The position numbers and the translations under genes are program-made. This document shows positions 17,658 to 26,851 of a stretch of 38,280 nucleotides of DNA, in pieces. The notes beneath the pieces were generated by a model. That model did no database searches. It saw only the letters and a list, made by a program, of their open reading frames with translations, and was not told the origin of the DNA. Location: NCBI GenBank assembly GCA_049656845.1, contig JBASML010000225.1, forward strand, positions 1-38,280, written 5' to 3'. Source of the stretch: Syntrophaceticus sp. (GTDB taxonomy: Bacteria > Bacillota > DSM-12270 > Thermacetogeniales > Thermacetogeniaceae). Position 1 is the stretch's first letter. Each line of letters opens with the position of its first letter.

Positions 17658-18533
17658 CTGATCTTCGACATTAAATATCATATAGCTTCTCTTGTTGCTG
17701 TTTTTCTTGCTCTGGGTATTGGGATATTAATAGGGACCTCTATGATTGGAAGCGATACTATCTCAAAACAGCAGAAGAACATGATCGAGGGTATTGAAAA
17801 AGAGTTTACTATTTTGAGAGAGGAAAATAAGCGCAATGCTGATGCTCTTCTCCAGGCACAAGAAGTAATGTCACGTCAACAGCAGTTTAATCAGGAAGTT
17901 CTCCCATTGCTGGTTCGGGACAAACTTCAAGGACGGAAAATTGCCATAGTGGATTTAAATTACCACAAGGAACATGATGGGTTAGCTAATGTGTTTCGCT
18001 CTGCAGGTGCTGATGTGCAGTCGGTTACAGTTATCAATTTAGATTTATTAAAAGATTCTAGTTTAAGTAAACAGACCGCGGGGATGCTGGGGAAAGCGAG
18101 CGATGCTGATGTTGAAAAATATCTACCAGATCTGGCAAAATTATTAGCAGAGGCTATTGCTACTGGAGAGAATGATGAACTTGTAAGATTTTTGGATGAC
18201 CATGAGGTTCTCAGAATATCGGGCAACTACGGCCCTCCTCTCCAGGATGTGGTTCTGATCGGTGGTGCTGAAGATAAAAGCCAGGATTATTTTAAGAAGT
18301 TTGATCAGATCATGATTAAGGCTTGGCAAAAATCAGGCTATAATGTGTATGGGGTTGAGGATAGTGATACAGCTGTTTCTTATATGCGTTATTACCAGAG
18401 TAGCCGTTTAACGACTGTTGATAATATTGACACTGTTTATGGCCAGGTATCCTTGGTAATGGCAATGTATGGTTATCCAGGACATTATGGTGTTAAGCAG
18501 ACAGCAGAAACCTTCCTGCCCCCGCTAGAATAA
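17658..18533 (+). CDS. SteB/MctB (DUF3186) family protein (start inferred at CTG 17658)
   Basis: In-frame upstream extension reads IFDIKYHIASLVAVFLALGIGILIG (family N-terminal TM motif); coiled coil; TVDNID...GQ.SLV and GHYG.K..A...LP at the C-terminus. Confidence 0.82.
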   Translation: MIFDIKYHIASLVAVFLALGIGILIGTSMIGSDTISKQQKNMIEGIEKEFTILREENKRNADALLQAQEVMSRQQQFNQEVLPLLVRDKLQGRKIAIVDLNYHKEHDGLANVFRSAGADVQSVTVINLDLLKDSSLSKQTAGMLGKASDADVEKYLPDLAKLLAEAIATGENDELVRFLDDHEVLRISGNYGPPLQDVVLIGGAEDKSQDYFKKFDQIMIKAWQKSGYNVYGVEDSDTAVSYMRYYQSSRLTTVDNIDTVYGQVSLVMAMYGYPGHYGVKQTAETFLPPLE

Positions 18534-18548
18534 GGATGTGAGCTTTGT

Positions 18549-19223
18549 TTGATTTCTGTATTAATTCCTGCTTACAATGAGGAGAGAGGGATCTTTGATA
18601 CGGTCAAGGCTGTTCTTCAGGTTCCGGATGTTCATCAAGTAATTGTAGTAGATGACGGTTCTCAGGATGATACTGCTGCGAAGGCAAAGCTTGCAGGGGC
18701 ACAGGTGATCAGTCTTCCTCAAAACTGTGGGAAAGGGAAGGCCTTAAACCTTGGTGTATCTCATCTTACTCAGCCCATCGTGGCTTTATTGGATGGTGAT
18801 TTAGGAACAAGTGCCAGCCAATTAGGAGTTCTTGCCCGCCCTGTTTTAGATGGAGAAGCTGATCTTGCAATCGCCACCTTTCCTCCTGTAAAAAAGGCAG
18901 GTGGTTTTGGCTTGGTCAAGGGGTTAGCCAGAAAAGGGATCCATTTGCTTACTGGTCTGCACCTGGAGGCACCATTATCTGGCCAGCGGGTTATGCGCCG
19001 CGAAGTGCTTGAGGCGGTGGTGCCCTTTGTTTCTGGTTATGGTGTCGAGGTGGGCATGACCATTGCTGCTGCCCGTAAGGGTTTCCGGATTCAGGAAGTG
19101 CCTACAACGATGAGCCACCGCGTTACAGGAAGAGATTTGTCGGGTTTTAGGCACCGCGCTAAACAGTTTTGGCATGTTTTGTTGGCACTTTTCTGGGCTG
19201 TTCAAAAAGAGGTGCGTAAATGA
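18549..19223 (+). CDS. Glycosyltransferase family 2 (DPM1-like)
   Basis: IPAYNEE, VVDDGSQD.T, N.GKG.A, LDGD, PLSGQR, YGVEV. Confidence 0.88.
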   Translation: MISVLIPAYNEERGIFDTVKAVLQVPDVHQVIVVDDGSQDDTAAKAKLAGAQVISLPQNCGKGKALNLGVSHLTQPIVALLDGDLGTSASQLGVLARPVLDGEADLAIATFPPVKKAGGFGLVKGLARKGIHLLTGLHLEAPLSGQRVMRREVLEAVVPFVSGYGVEVGMTIAAARKGFRIQEVPTTMSHRVTGRDLSGFRHRAKQFWHVLLALFWAVQKEVRK

Positions 19224-20035
19224 AGATTTTGCTTGCCGGTAGTTTGGGTTGTTTACTGACCCTGATCATTTTTCCCTTTTTGTTTAAACTGTTGCAGGAA
19301 ACAGGGGCTACTCATCCTAATTACCGTGGTGAATCCATACCGGTAGGGATGGGGTTAATTTTTATTTTTGTCTATGTTTTAGTTGCTTTTTTACTGATTC
19401 GCTGGGCTGGTCAAGAAACTGTGGTTTTGTTTCTGTTTGGTATTGTGTTTTTTGCCATCCTTGGATTGCTTGATGACCTGCTGGGGTCCAGAGAGAACCG
19501 TGGGCTAAAAGGGCATTTCGGCGCCCTATTCGGTGGAAAACTTACTACAGGTGCACTGAAGGCCATAGGAGGAGGGATAGGGGCACTGTTTTTTTCCTTG
19601 ATATCTCTACCAGGGCGTCCCTGGTGGGAAATCTTGACCGCGGCCCTATTGGTTGCCTTGACTGCCAATACCATCAATCTGGTTGATCTGCGTCCGGGTA
19701 GGGCGATCAAGGTTTTTTACCTGTGGTTTCTTATTTTACTTGGATTTTATTGGGGTCATGTATCTCTGATCCTTCTTGCTCCCCTGGCAGGAGGGCTTAT
19801 TGCTTTTGCTCCTGCTGACCTGAAAGCCAGGGTGATGCTCGGTGACACAGGAGCAAATCTTTTAGGGGCAGCACTTGGCATGGCCAGCGTCTGGATGATG
19901 ACTTTCTCTACTCAGCTGGCAGTGGTCATCTTCCTCATTCTGCTGCACTTGTTTACAGAGAAGTATTCGCTCACTATGATCATTGAAAGGAACCGTTTTC
20001 TGCGTTTCTTAGACAATTTAGGAAGATCAAATTAG
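19220..20035 (+). CDS. MraY/WecA-like (glycosyltransferase family 4) membrane protein
   Basis: Multi-TM; NYRG..IP, LGLLDD, NLVDLRPGRA.K, MLGDTGAN.LG. Confidence 0.8.
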   Translation: MKILLAGSLGCLLTLIIFPFLFKLLQETGATHPNYRGESIPVGMGLIFIFVYVLVAFLLIRWAGQETVVLFLFGIVFFAILGLLDDLLGSRENRGLKGHFGALFGGKLTTGALKAIGGGIGALFFSLISLPGRPWWEILTAALLVALTANTINLVDLRPGRAIKVFYLWFLILLGFYWGHVSLILLAPLAGGLIAFAPADLKARVMLGDTGANLLGAALGMASVWMMTFSTQLAVVIFLILLHLFTEKYSLTMIIERNRFLRFLDNLGRSN

Positions 20036-20048
20036 GGGAGGCTTTGGT

Positions 20049-21194
20049 GTGAATGGACACAGCAGAATAAATAAGGATAGACTTTTTCAGGAATTTATTA
20101 CTCTTGCGGAAATTGTTTCACCATCCTTTAAGGAGCGCGAGTTGGCAGACTATTTGAAAAACCGTTTAAATAAACTCGGCCTTACCGTTGAAGAGGATGA
20201 CACAGCAGCGAAGATCGGGGGTAGTACAGGAAACTTACTGGCACGCTTACCTGGTAGAGAGGAGTTCTCCCCTCTTTTTTTTGCTTGTCACATGGATACG
20301 GTAACACCATGTGAAGGGATTAGGGTAATTTTTGAAGATGGGGTTTTTCGGCCTCACGGTGATACTATTTTAGGTGGGGATGATAAAGCCGGAATAGCTT
20401 GCCTCTTGGAGGTTTTAGCAATGCTCCGGGATGGGGGGCAGCCTCACTGCCCTCTGGAAATTTTACTGACTGTAGGGGAAGAGCACGGCCTTTTGGGGAG
20501 CAAGAATTTTGATATCAACAGGCTTAGTTCCCGGATGGGTTATGTACTTGATTCTAATGGCTTTCCTGGAACGATTGTTACTGCAGCTCCTGCCCAGAAT
20601 GTCTTATATATTACCGTCAAGGGGAGATCCGCACACGCGGGATTTGAACCGGAACGGGGAGTGAATGCCATTCGTATAGCCAGCGAGGCCATTTCACAGC
20701 TTCGTTTGGGAAGAATCGATGAGGAGACTACATCTAATATCGGGATTATCGAAGGTGGTAAGGCCACCAACATTGTCCCGGATGTGGTTTATATCCAGGG
20801 TGAGACCAGAAGCCTGGATAGGAATAAACTGAATGATATTACTGAAGAGATAATAAGGGAATTCGAACAGATCAAGGAAATTCCTGGGGCAGGTAGTGAT
20901 ATTCGAGTTACCTTTGAGTATCCAGAGTATAGACTTGAGCCAGATCAGCAAGTTGTGCAGTTTGCAGCTGAAGCTATTAAAAGAGCAGGATTAGATGTAC
21001 GGCTTGAGATCAGTGGAGGTGGGAGTGATGCCAACATCTTCAATGCCGCGGGGATGGAAGTGGCTAATCTTGCTGTAGGCATGCAGAATCCTCACACCAC
21101 CGATGAATTTTTAGAGTCTCAGGATTTAATCGATGTTGTTCATATCCTTTGGGAAATCATACAATTAAACAGCTCTTTTAGGGAAGTGGTTTAA
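20049..21194 (+). CDS. M20 family metallopeptidase (peptidase T-like, YqjE-like)
   Basis: HMDTV, LGGDDKAG, EE.GL.G, AHAG..PE.G.NAI, GGGSDAN, H...E. Confidence 0.88.
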   Translation: MNGHSRINKDRLFQEFITLAEIVSPSFKERELADYLKNRLNKLGLTVEEDDTAAKIGGSTGNLLARLPGREEFSPLFFACHMDTVTPCEGIRVIFEDGVFRPHGDTILGGDDKAGIACLLEVLAMLRDGGQPHCPLEILLTVGEEHGLLGSKNFDINRLSSRMGYVLDSNGFPGTIVTAAPAQNVLYITVKGRSAHAGFEPERGVNAIRIASEAISQLRLGRIDEETTSNIGIIEGGKATNIVPDVVYIQGETRSLDRNKLNDITEEIIREFEQIKEIPGAGSDIRVTFEYPEYRLEPDQQVVQFAAEAIKRAGLDVRLEISGGGSDANIFNAAGMEVANLAVGMQNPHTTDEFLESQDLIDVVHILWEIIQLNSSFREVV

Positions 21195-21195
21195 C

Positions 21196-22272
21196 TTGAT
21201 CTCCTGGAAAAAGGGGAAGGTGGCCCAGGTATTAACATCCTCAGATCAGATCCAGGAAATTGATGTTGAGATTGAAGGAACACCTGGCCGCGCCTGGAAT
21301 TTTCCATCGCTGACCGGAAAAGTTTTTGTTGGTGATGATGTCTATCTAAATACCACAGCAGTAGAAATGAATCTGGGCAGTGGTGGCTATCACTTTGTGA
21401 TTGCCAACCTCAGCCGTATGCCTCAACAAAACCTTGGGGATGGCCATATTATGAAACTGCGCTATACCCCTTATCAGGTCAAAGTTCTCAGCGTAGAGGA
21501 GGAGTCGAGCCCCTATCATCAGCAGATCAAGGAGTTTACATCCCTTGGTGGAACACCTGTGGTTGTCGGGACACTGCATAGTATGCTGGCTCCTGTTACA
21601 GCGGGTTATTTAGCAGCGGGGGGCAAGGGAAGGATAGCCTTTGTGATGACCGATGGGGCGGCTCTCCCCCTTGCTTTAAGTAATACTGTTCGTACTTTAA
21701 AAGCAAAAGGGATGCTTGCCGGAACTGTTTCTGCAGGGAATGCCTTCGGGGGTGATCTGGAGAGTGTTAATATTTACTCTGGACTCATTGCTGCCTATCA
21801 GGTCTTGAAGGCTGAGGTGATCATCGTCACCATGGGCCCCGGTATTGTCGGTACAGGGACCAGGTGGGGTACAACTGCTATAGAGCAAGGGGAGATTATT
21901 AATGCGGTCAGTGTGCTGGGTGGAAGGCCAGTTGCAGTCCCACGGATCAGCTTTGCTGATCCACGGCCGCGCCATCAGGGGGTAAGCCACCACACTCTAA
22001 CTGCTTTGGGAATGGTGGCTCTCAGGGAGGCGATCATTGCTCTGCCAGATGTTCATGCTGAGCAGTACGATGTTATTAACAGACAGCTCGAACAAGCCGG
22101 TATATTATCGCGTCACCAAGTGGTGGTTAGGGATGGCAGCCCTGCTTTGCAGTACCTGGAGGAGCAAGGGATTACCGTAAAGAGTATGGGGCGATCTCCA
22201 AAGGAAGATCCTGTTTTCTTTATGGCTGCCGGAGCGGCTGGAACCGTTGCAGCAGAACTAGTGAAAAAATAG
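21196..22272 (+). CDS. DUF3866 family protein
   Basis: LNTTAV...LGSGG.HFV, GHIMKLRYTP.Q, LHSML, MTDGAALP, FGGDLE, PRISFADPR.RH.GVSHH. Confidence 0.82.
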   Translation: MISWKKGKVAQVLTSSDQIQEIDVEIEGTPGRAWNFPSLTGKVFVGDDVYLNTTAVEMNLGSGGYHFVIANLSRMPQQNLGDGHIMKLRYTPYQVKVLSVEEESSPYHQQIKEFTSLGGTPVVVGTLHSMLAPVTAGYLAAGGKGRIAFVMTDGAALPLALSNTVRTLKAKGMLAGTVSAGNAFGGDLESVNIYSGLIAAYQVLKAEVIIVTMGPGIVGTGTRWGTTAIEQGEIINAVSVLGGRPVAVPRISFADPRPRHQGVSHHTLTALGMVALREAIIALPDVHAEQYDVINRQLEQAGILSRHQVVVRDGSPALQYLEEQGITVKSMGRSPKEDPVFFMAAGAAGTVAAELVKK

Positions 22273-22289
22273 AGTAAAGGGTGAAATAA

Positions 22290-22847
22290 ATGGAGGAGAG
22301 GTTAGATTCCAGGCTCAAAGAGGAATTAGTATCATCACAGGAGATCTTTAAGGGAAAGATCATCAGGGTTCAGGTGGATACTGTGAGATTACCGGATGGG
22401 AATAGTGCCAAGCGGGAAGTTGTCAGACATCCTGGGGCCGTGGTGATCCTTCCCCTGACCGATAAGAGGGAAGTCATATTGGTTCGCCAGTATCGGCATG
22501 CAACAGGTGAAATTTTGTTGGAACTGCCTGCGGGCAAAAGGGATGGGGGAGAGGATCCACTTACTTGCGCCCAGCGAGAACTGGAGGAGGAAACAGGTTA
22601 TAAGGCTTCAGAGCTGCGGGTGCTCTCTTCCTTTTATACCTCACCAGGTTTTTGTGATGAATTGATTTATTTGGTGCTGGCCAAGGGGCTGATCAAGGGA
22701 AAGGCGTGTCCAGATGAAGGGGAGTTTATCGATGTTTTAACATTACCTCTGGAAAAGGCAGTCCGTATGGTTTTGGATGGAGAGATCAAGGATGCCAAAA
22801 CAGGCTTTGGGATTCTTGCCTGCAGTTGTTTGGAAGAACAATGCTGA
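22290..22847 (+). CDS. nudF: NUDIX hydrolase, ADP-ribose pyrophosphatase-like
   Basis: REVVRHPGAV, QYR, ELPAGK, AQRELEEETG Nudix box, I.DAKT. Confidence 0.85.
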   Translation: MEERLDSRLKEELVSSQEIFKGKIIRVQVDTVRLPDGNSAKREVVRHPGAVVILPLTDKREVILVRQYRHATGEILLELPAGKRDGGEDPLTCAQRELEEETGYKASELRVLSSFYTSPGFCDELIYLVLAKGLIKGKACPDEGEFIDVLTLPLEKAVRMVLDGEIKDAKTGFGILACSCLEEQC

Positions 22848-24055
22848 AAAAGTATTTTGTAGATCTGCATGTGCATATTGGAAGAACTATCAGTGGGTTT
22901 CCGGTTAAGGTGACTGCGGCACGCAGCCAGACCATACCAGGGGTCTTAAGGGAGGCAGCAGTAAATAAGGGTCTAGATATCTTAGGGATTGTGGATGCGG
23001 CCTGTCCCAGGCTGTGTGCTGAGCTAGAGGAGATGGCTGCTGATGGTATTATCCGGGAATTGGCGGGAGGTGGTCTGCGCTATGATGACCGCCTGACCCT
23101 AATCCCTGGGGCAGAAATGGAATTAACCGAGGATAACGGCAAGTGTGCCCACTGGCTGGCTTATTTCCCTACCCTTGCTGAACTTCGTTCTTTTTCTAAA
23201 TTTTTAGCTGAACAAGTAACCAACCCGGAGTTGAGCACTCAGCGCTGCCATCTTCCGGCCCGGGCGATCCTGGATGAGGTTGTGGAGCGTTCTGGTATTT
23301 TCATGCCCGCTCATGCTTTCACACCCCATAAGGGAGTTTACGGCCAGTGTACAATGCGTATCAAGGAACTACTGGGAGACAATAATTTTGCTAAGATCTG
23401 TGCCCTGGAGTTGGGATTGAGTGCTGACACAATCTTGGCTGACCACCTGACCGAACTTGCACCCCTTACTTTTTTAAGTAACTCAGATGCTCATTCCCTT
23501 AAAAACCTGGGGAGAGAGTACAATGTACTGCTCCTTGCGGAACCCAGTTTTGAGGAGTTGCTGATGGCTCTCCACTGTGTGGGGGAACGCCGGGTTTTGG
23601 CTAACTACGGATTAGATCCCCGTCTGGGCAAATATCACCGCACCTTTTGTCTTACCTGTGGCAGTATAGCAGGAGATACCCCTCCAGTAACAGCTTGCCC
23701 TGCCTGTGGGAGTGTGAAGATCGTTAAAGGGGTTTTAGACCGGATCCAAGAGATTCGAGATCAGGATGGACAACTCCATTCCCTAAAACGACCCCCTTAT
23801 CATTATCAGGTTCCCCTCCTTTTTTTACCTGGAGTGGGGCCGAAAACTGTCTCTAAGCTTTTAGAGCAGTTTGGAACCGAGATGAATGTTTTGCACTCTG
23901 TAAGTTATCAAGATCTTGTTAAGGTAGTAGGGGAAAAAGTGGCTAAAGTTATCCAGGATGCACGACAGGGAAAGCTGGTTTTGATGGCCGGGGGTGGGGG
24001 AACTTACGGGAAAGTTGCTGGACGGCAAGGGGGAGATGCAGGTGATAGGGAGTAG
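22841..24055 (+). CDS. Endonuclease Q family (YqxK-like) PHP-domain protein
   Basis: DLHVH, PAHAFTPHK, ELGLSAD, SNSDAHS, GKYH, CxxC...CxxC zinc ribbon, HhH LPGVGPKT, GGGG.YG. Confidence 0.85.
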   Translation: MLKKYFVDLHVHIGRTISGFPVKVTAARSQTIPGVLREAAVNKGLDILGIVDAACPRLCAELEEMAADGIIRELAGGGLRYDDRLTLIPGAEMELTEDNGKCAHWLAYFPTLAELRSFSKFLAEQVTNPELSTQRCHLPARAILDEVVERSGIFMPAHAFTPHKGVYGQCTMRIKELLGDNNFAKICALELGLSADTILADHLTELAPLTFLSNSDAHSLKNLGREYNVLLLAEPSFEELLMALHCVGERRVLANYGLDPRLGKYHRTFCLTCGSIAGDTPPVTACPACGSVKIVKGVLDRIQEIRDQDGQLHSLKRPPYHYQVPLLFLPGVGPKTVSKLLEQFGTEMNVLHSVSYQDLVKVVGEKVAKVIQDARQGKLVLMAGGGGTYGKVAGRQGGDAGDRE

Positions 24056-24713
24056 TAGAGTAATCAATGTAACCACTGATGCTAGTGGGGCATATGATGC
24101 TGCCTGCAGCGGACAGGTTGTTGTGATTGTAGATGTCATAGATATGAGCACAACACTGGAGGTTGCTCTCCAGGAAGGGGCAGCCCTGGTGCTAGGGGCC
24201 AGCCCTGTACCTTGTAAAGCACCGGTGCCGGTGAATCCTGTAAGTATAGGTAGATATGCCGCGATGATGGCTGAAAAACTAAAAACAGAAGTAGTAGTTA
24301 TAGCTGAACCACGCATCGGCGGAGCTACAGAACGCTTGGAGAGAGCCGCCGGCTTCCTGGAAGGGCTTCATGCTGCGGGTAGAGTGGAAGCAGGCATTTA
24401 CCCGAATCAGGGCGCTGAAACCGCTAGTCTGGTAGATTTTAAAGATAAAGTTGTGGTAGCTGTCACTGATTGCGGTGGAGCTGCTTTTGACGCGGCATTT
24501 AATGCAGGTGCACCTGTGGTGACAGGTACTGTAGCGCGTACCCCCGGACATACAGGATGGGAAAATGCTGCTGCGGCAGCAGAAAGAGCCTCAAGTCTTG
24601 CAGAGAAAGAAGGGAGAGGAATTTCTCTTGTTGCTGCTAGCGGTAAGGCCTTAGAGGATGTTTTGGCTTCCCACTACCTGTTAGAATGCTTATTATTGCG
24701 AAGATTTCGCTAG
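24036..24713 (+). CDS. Hypothetical protein with ComB (2-phosphosulfolactate phosphatase)-like motifs
   Basis: VVVIVDVIDMSTT..AL..GA near the N-terminus and ED..A near the C-terminus; ATG after GGGGGAG. Confidence 0.55.
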   Translation: MQVIGSSRVINVTTDASGAYDAACSGQVVVIVDVIDMSTTLEVALQEGAALVLGASPVPCKAPVPVNPVSIGRYAAMMAEKLKTEVVVIAEPRIGGATERLERAAGFLEGLHAAGRVEAGIYPNQGAETASLVDFKDKVVVAVTDCGGAAFDAAFNAGAPVVTGTVARTPGHTGWENAAAAAERASSLAEKEGRGISLVAASGKALEDVLASHYLLECLLLRRFR

Positions 24714-24787
24714 AGCAGTAATTGGTTTATTTTTCCCCGCATAGAATCTTCTAAGGGAGGAAGGATTTACTTGCGGGGAGGTAAGCC

Positions 24788-25417
24788 ATGCGCTGGAGAA
24801 GAACTTCAATAGCTATCAATATTCAAAAAGAACTATTTATTCCTATTGTCATGGCTGTTGGGGTTTTTTTATGTGGGTTAATTTTAGGGGCTATTACTTT
24901 ACGTACACTAAACCCTTTGGCTGAGCAAGAGATGCATCAGTATCTTGCTTTTTATATTAAGGAGGCTTCCACATATTCGGAGCTTTCCATTTCCGGACTT
25001 AAGACCTGGGGGCAAATACTTAAGATGCAGGCAGTCTCACTAGGCCTCCTTTGGATTTTTGGGTTGACCATTGTTGGGAGTCCCCTGATACTTCTAACCG
25101 TAGGTGCAAGAGGATTTATAGTAGGTTTCACTGTGGGTTTTCTGGTGCAGGAAGAAGCGGGAAAGGGGTTGGTTTTAGCCTTAGCTGGTGTACTTCCCCA
25201 AAATCTTTGTTATATCCCGGCTTTTCTGGGAGCCGGTGTTTTATCTCTCTATTTTTCTTTTACCATCCTGCGTTCCCAGGAAGCACCCTATCGCCGCCTG
25301 GGTGTCTATTCCCTGCTCTTTTTAGTTTTTTTCCTGTTGATCATTATCGGTTCCTGGCTAGAAGCCTATCTGGTACCAGGACTGCTGCAGTTAATTACTC
25401 CTCTTTTTCCCAGGTGA
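24788..25417 (+). CDS. spoIIM: Stage II sporulation protein M
   Basis: Multi-TM; W..GLT..G.P.I, RGF..GFTVGFL, LPQN, LEAY..P; position before xerD; CATAGAAT (24740-24747) sigma-E-like -10 upstream. Confidence 0.88.
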   Translation: MRWRRTSIAINIQKELFIPIVMAVGVFLCGLILGAITLRTLNPLAEQEMHQYLAFYIKEASTYSELSISGLKTWGQILKMQAVSLGLLWIFGLTIVGSPLILLTVGARGFIVGFTVGFLVQEEAGKGLVLALAGVLPQNLCYIPAFLGAGVLSLYFSFTILRSQEAPYRRLGVYSLLFLVFFLLIIIGSWLEAYLVPGLLQLITPLFPR

Positions 25418-25512
25418 CTGTCACCTGGTATTTTTAGGGCATTCTGTGCATAAGTATGAGGAAAGTGTCCAAAACCTGGTTGATTATGAAATCTCTGAGG
25501 GGGCAGGAGCCT

Positions 25513-25770
25513 ATGGTGCTGATTACTATTACCAATTGGAAACACAAGGCTTCGGTTGTTCTAAAACTTTTGTTTTTCTTATTGTTGATCGGCCTGATTA
25601 TTCCGCAGTTTCTTACTTTCGTTGCTGAAGGGCTGGCAGATATCAATGATGACCAATCCCATTATATGCGGGTGGAAACGGGAAGTACTGATCAGCCTGT
25701 AGAGGAGCCTACTTTTTTGGAAAGGATGCGGCAGTTATACTATGGGAAGGAACCTGGTTTCACCCGTTGA
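25513..25770 (+). CDS. Small single-TM hypothetical protein (YqzK/DUF4227-like position and size)
   Basis: ATG after CAGGAG; one TM helix; F.ER.R..Y.G-like C-terminus; between spoIIM and xerD. Confidence 0.55.
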   Translation: MVLITITNWKHKASVVLKLLFFLLLIGLIIPQFLTFVAEGLADINDDQSHYMRVETGSTDQPVEEPTFLERMRQLYYGKEPGFTR

Positions 25771-25879
25771 ACCCCGTTGAACAGGGATAGGGCATCATTT
25801 TTGGCAATCTCGGTTTGTTTCTTCTTTTCTTCTCCTGCTTTCCTGTGTGTTCAACCTAATATCATGATGGCGAATTAAC

Positions 25880-25910
25880 CTTTCCTGCAAACAGGGAGGA
25901 GTTTTTTTTT
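25880..25910 (+). terminator. Possible intrinsic terminator upstream of xerD
   Basis: CTTTCCTG-CAAA-CAGGGAGG stem then a T9 run; the same bases also fit a sigma-H-like AGGA-N17-GAAG. Confidence 0.4.
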
Positions 25911-25960
25911 ATATGTGGAAGTCTCTCTTTGAGAGGAAAATGTTTACGGGGGAATGCTTT

Positions 25961-26851
25961 TTGGATTATGACAGTCAGTTAAATGATTTTTTAACTTTTT
26001 TACGGGTAGAAAGGGGGCTTGCCCAGAATACTGTACAATCCTACCGCTATGACCTGCAGCAGTATCTCTCCTTTTTAAAAGACAAGGGACTGACATTGCC
26101 AGAAGCGACCCAGAATGTTATTTTCGACTTTCTAAATTATCAGCGTCAGCAGAACCGTAGTGCCAGGACCAGGTCACGTAAACTGGCGGCGATCCGCAGT
26201 TTATATCGCTTTCTATTACAGGAAGGCCAGATAACTGCAGATCCAACCGAGAACTTGACATCTCCCAAACTAGAGAAGAACCTCCCGCGGGTACTGAGTA
26301 TCCAGGATGTTGATCTACTCCTCTCTCAGCCCAATACCGGAACAGTTATCGGGCTGCGGGATAAGGCTATGTTGGAGTTGCTGTATGCTTCAGGAATGCG
26401 GGTATCGGAAATGCTTGGTTTAGATACAGAACACCTTAACCTGGAGATGGGTTTTGTTCGCTGTTTGGGAAAAGGATCCCGGGAACGGGTTATTCCCATC
26501 GGTGAAGTGGCCTGCAGGTATCTGAGAGAATATCTTTCCCATAGCAGGTTAAAGTTAAGGAAGAAAAGCTTTGAGCGAGCTGTTTTTTTAAACAACCACG
26601 GCGGGCGCCTAACCCGTCAAGGGTTTTGGAAGATTCTCAAAGGGTATGCTAAAAAAGCTGGAATTCAAAAAGAGATTACTCCACATGTACTGCGCCATTC
26701 TTTTGCTACACACCTCCTGGAAAATGGAGCTGATTTGAGAGCGGTTCAGGAAATGCTGGGGCATGCTGATATCTCGACAACTCAGATTTATACTCACCTA
26801 AGTCAGGGAAAGTTGAGGGAGGTCTATGAGAAAGCACATCCCAGATCGTAA
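25961..26851 (+). CDS. xerD: Site-specific tyrosine recombinase XerD
   Basis: [32 protein letters not shown].+[29 protein letters not shown]. Confidence 0.93.
   Translation: MDYDSQLNDFLTFLRVERGLAQNTVQSYRYDLQQYLSFLKDKGLTLPEATQNVIFDFLNYQRQQNRSARTRSRKLAAIRSLYRFLLQEGQITADPTENLTSPKLEKNLPRVLSIQDVDLLLSQPNTGTVIGLRDKAMLELLYASGMRVSEMLGLDTEHLNLEMGFVRCLGKGSRERVIPIGEVACRYLREYLSHSRLKLRKKSFERAVFLNNHGGRLTRQGFWKILKGYAKKAGIQKEITPHVLRHSFATHLLENGADLRAVQEMLGHADISTTQIYTHLSQGKLREVYEKAHPRS

Noticed and set aside
17635..17670. Two 0A-box-like heptamers (TTCGACG, TTCGACA) around the steB start
   Set aside because: One is imperfect and the other is explained by Phe-Asp codons; a 6-base-specific motif is expected by chance every few kb
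25763..25782. Direct repeat CCCGTTGAAC x2 at the end of the small membrane protein gene
   Set aside because: Single short duplication; could be a slippage or excision footprint but nothing else supports it
25961..26851. Tyrosine recombinase as a possible integrase or island marker
   Set aside because: Housekeeping XerD in its usual spoIIM-xerD-deoB context; no att sites or cargo genes
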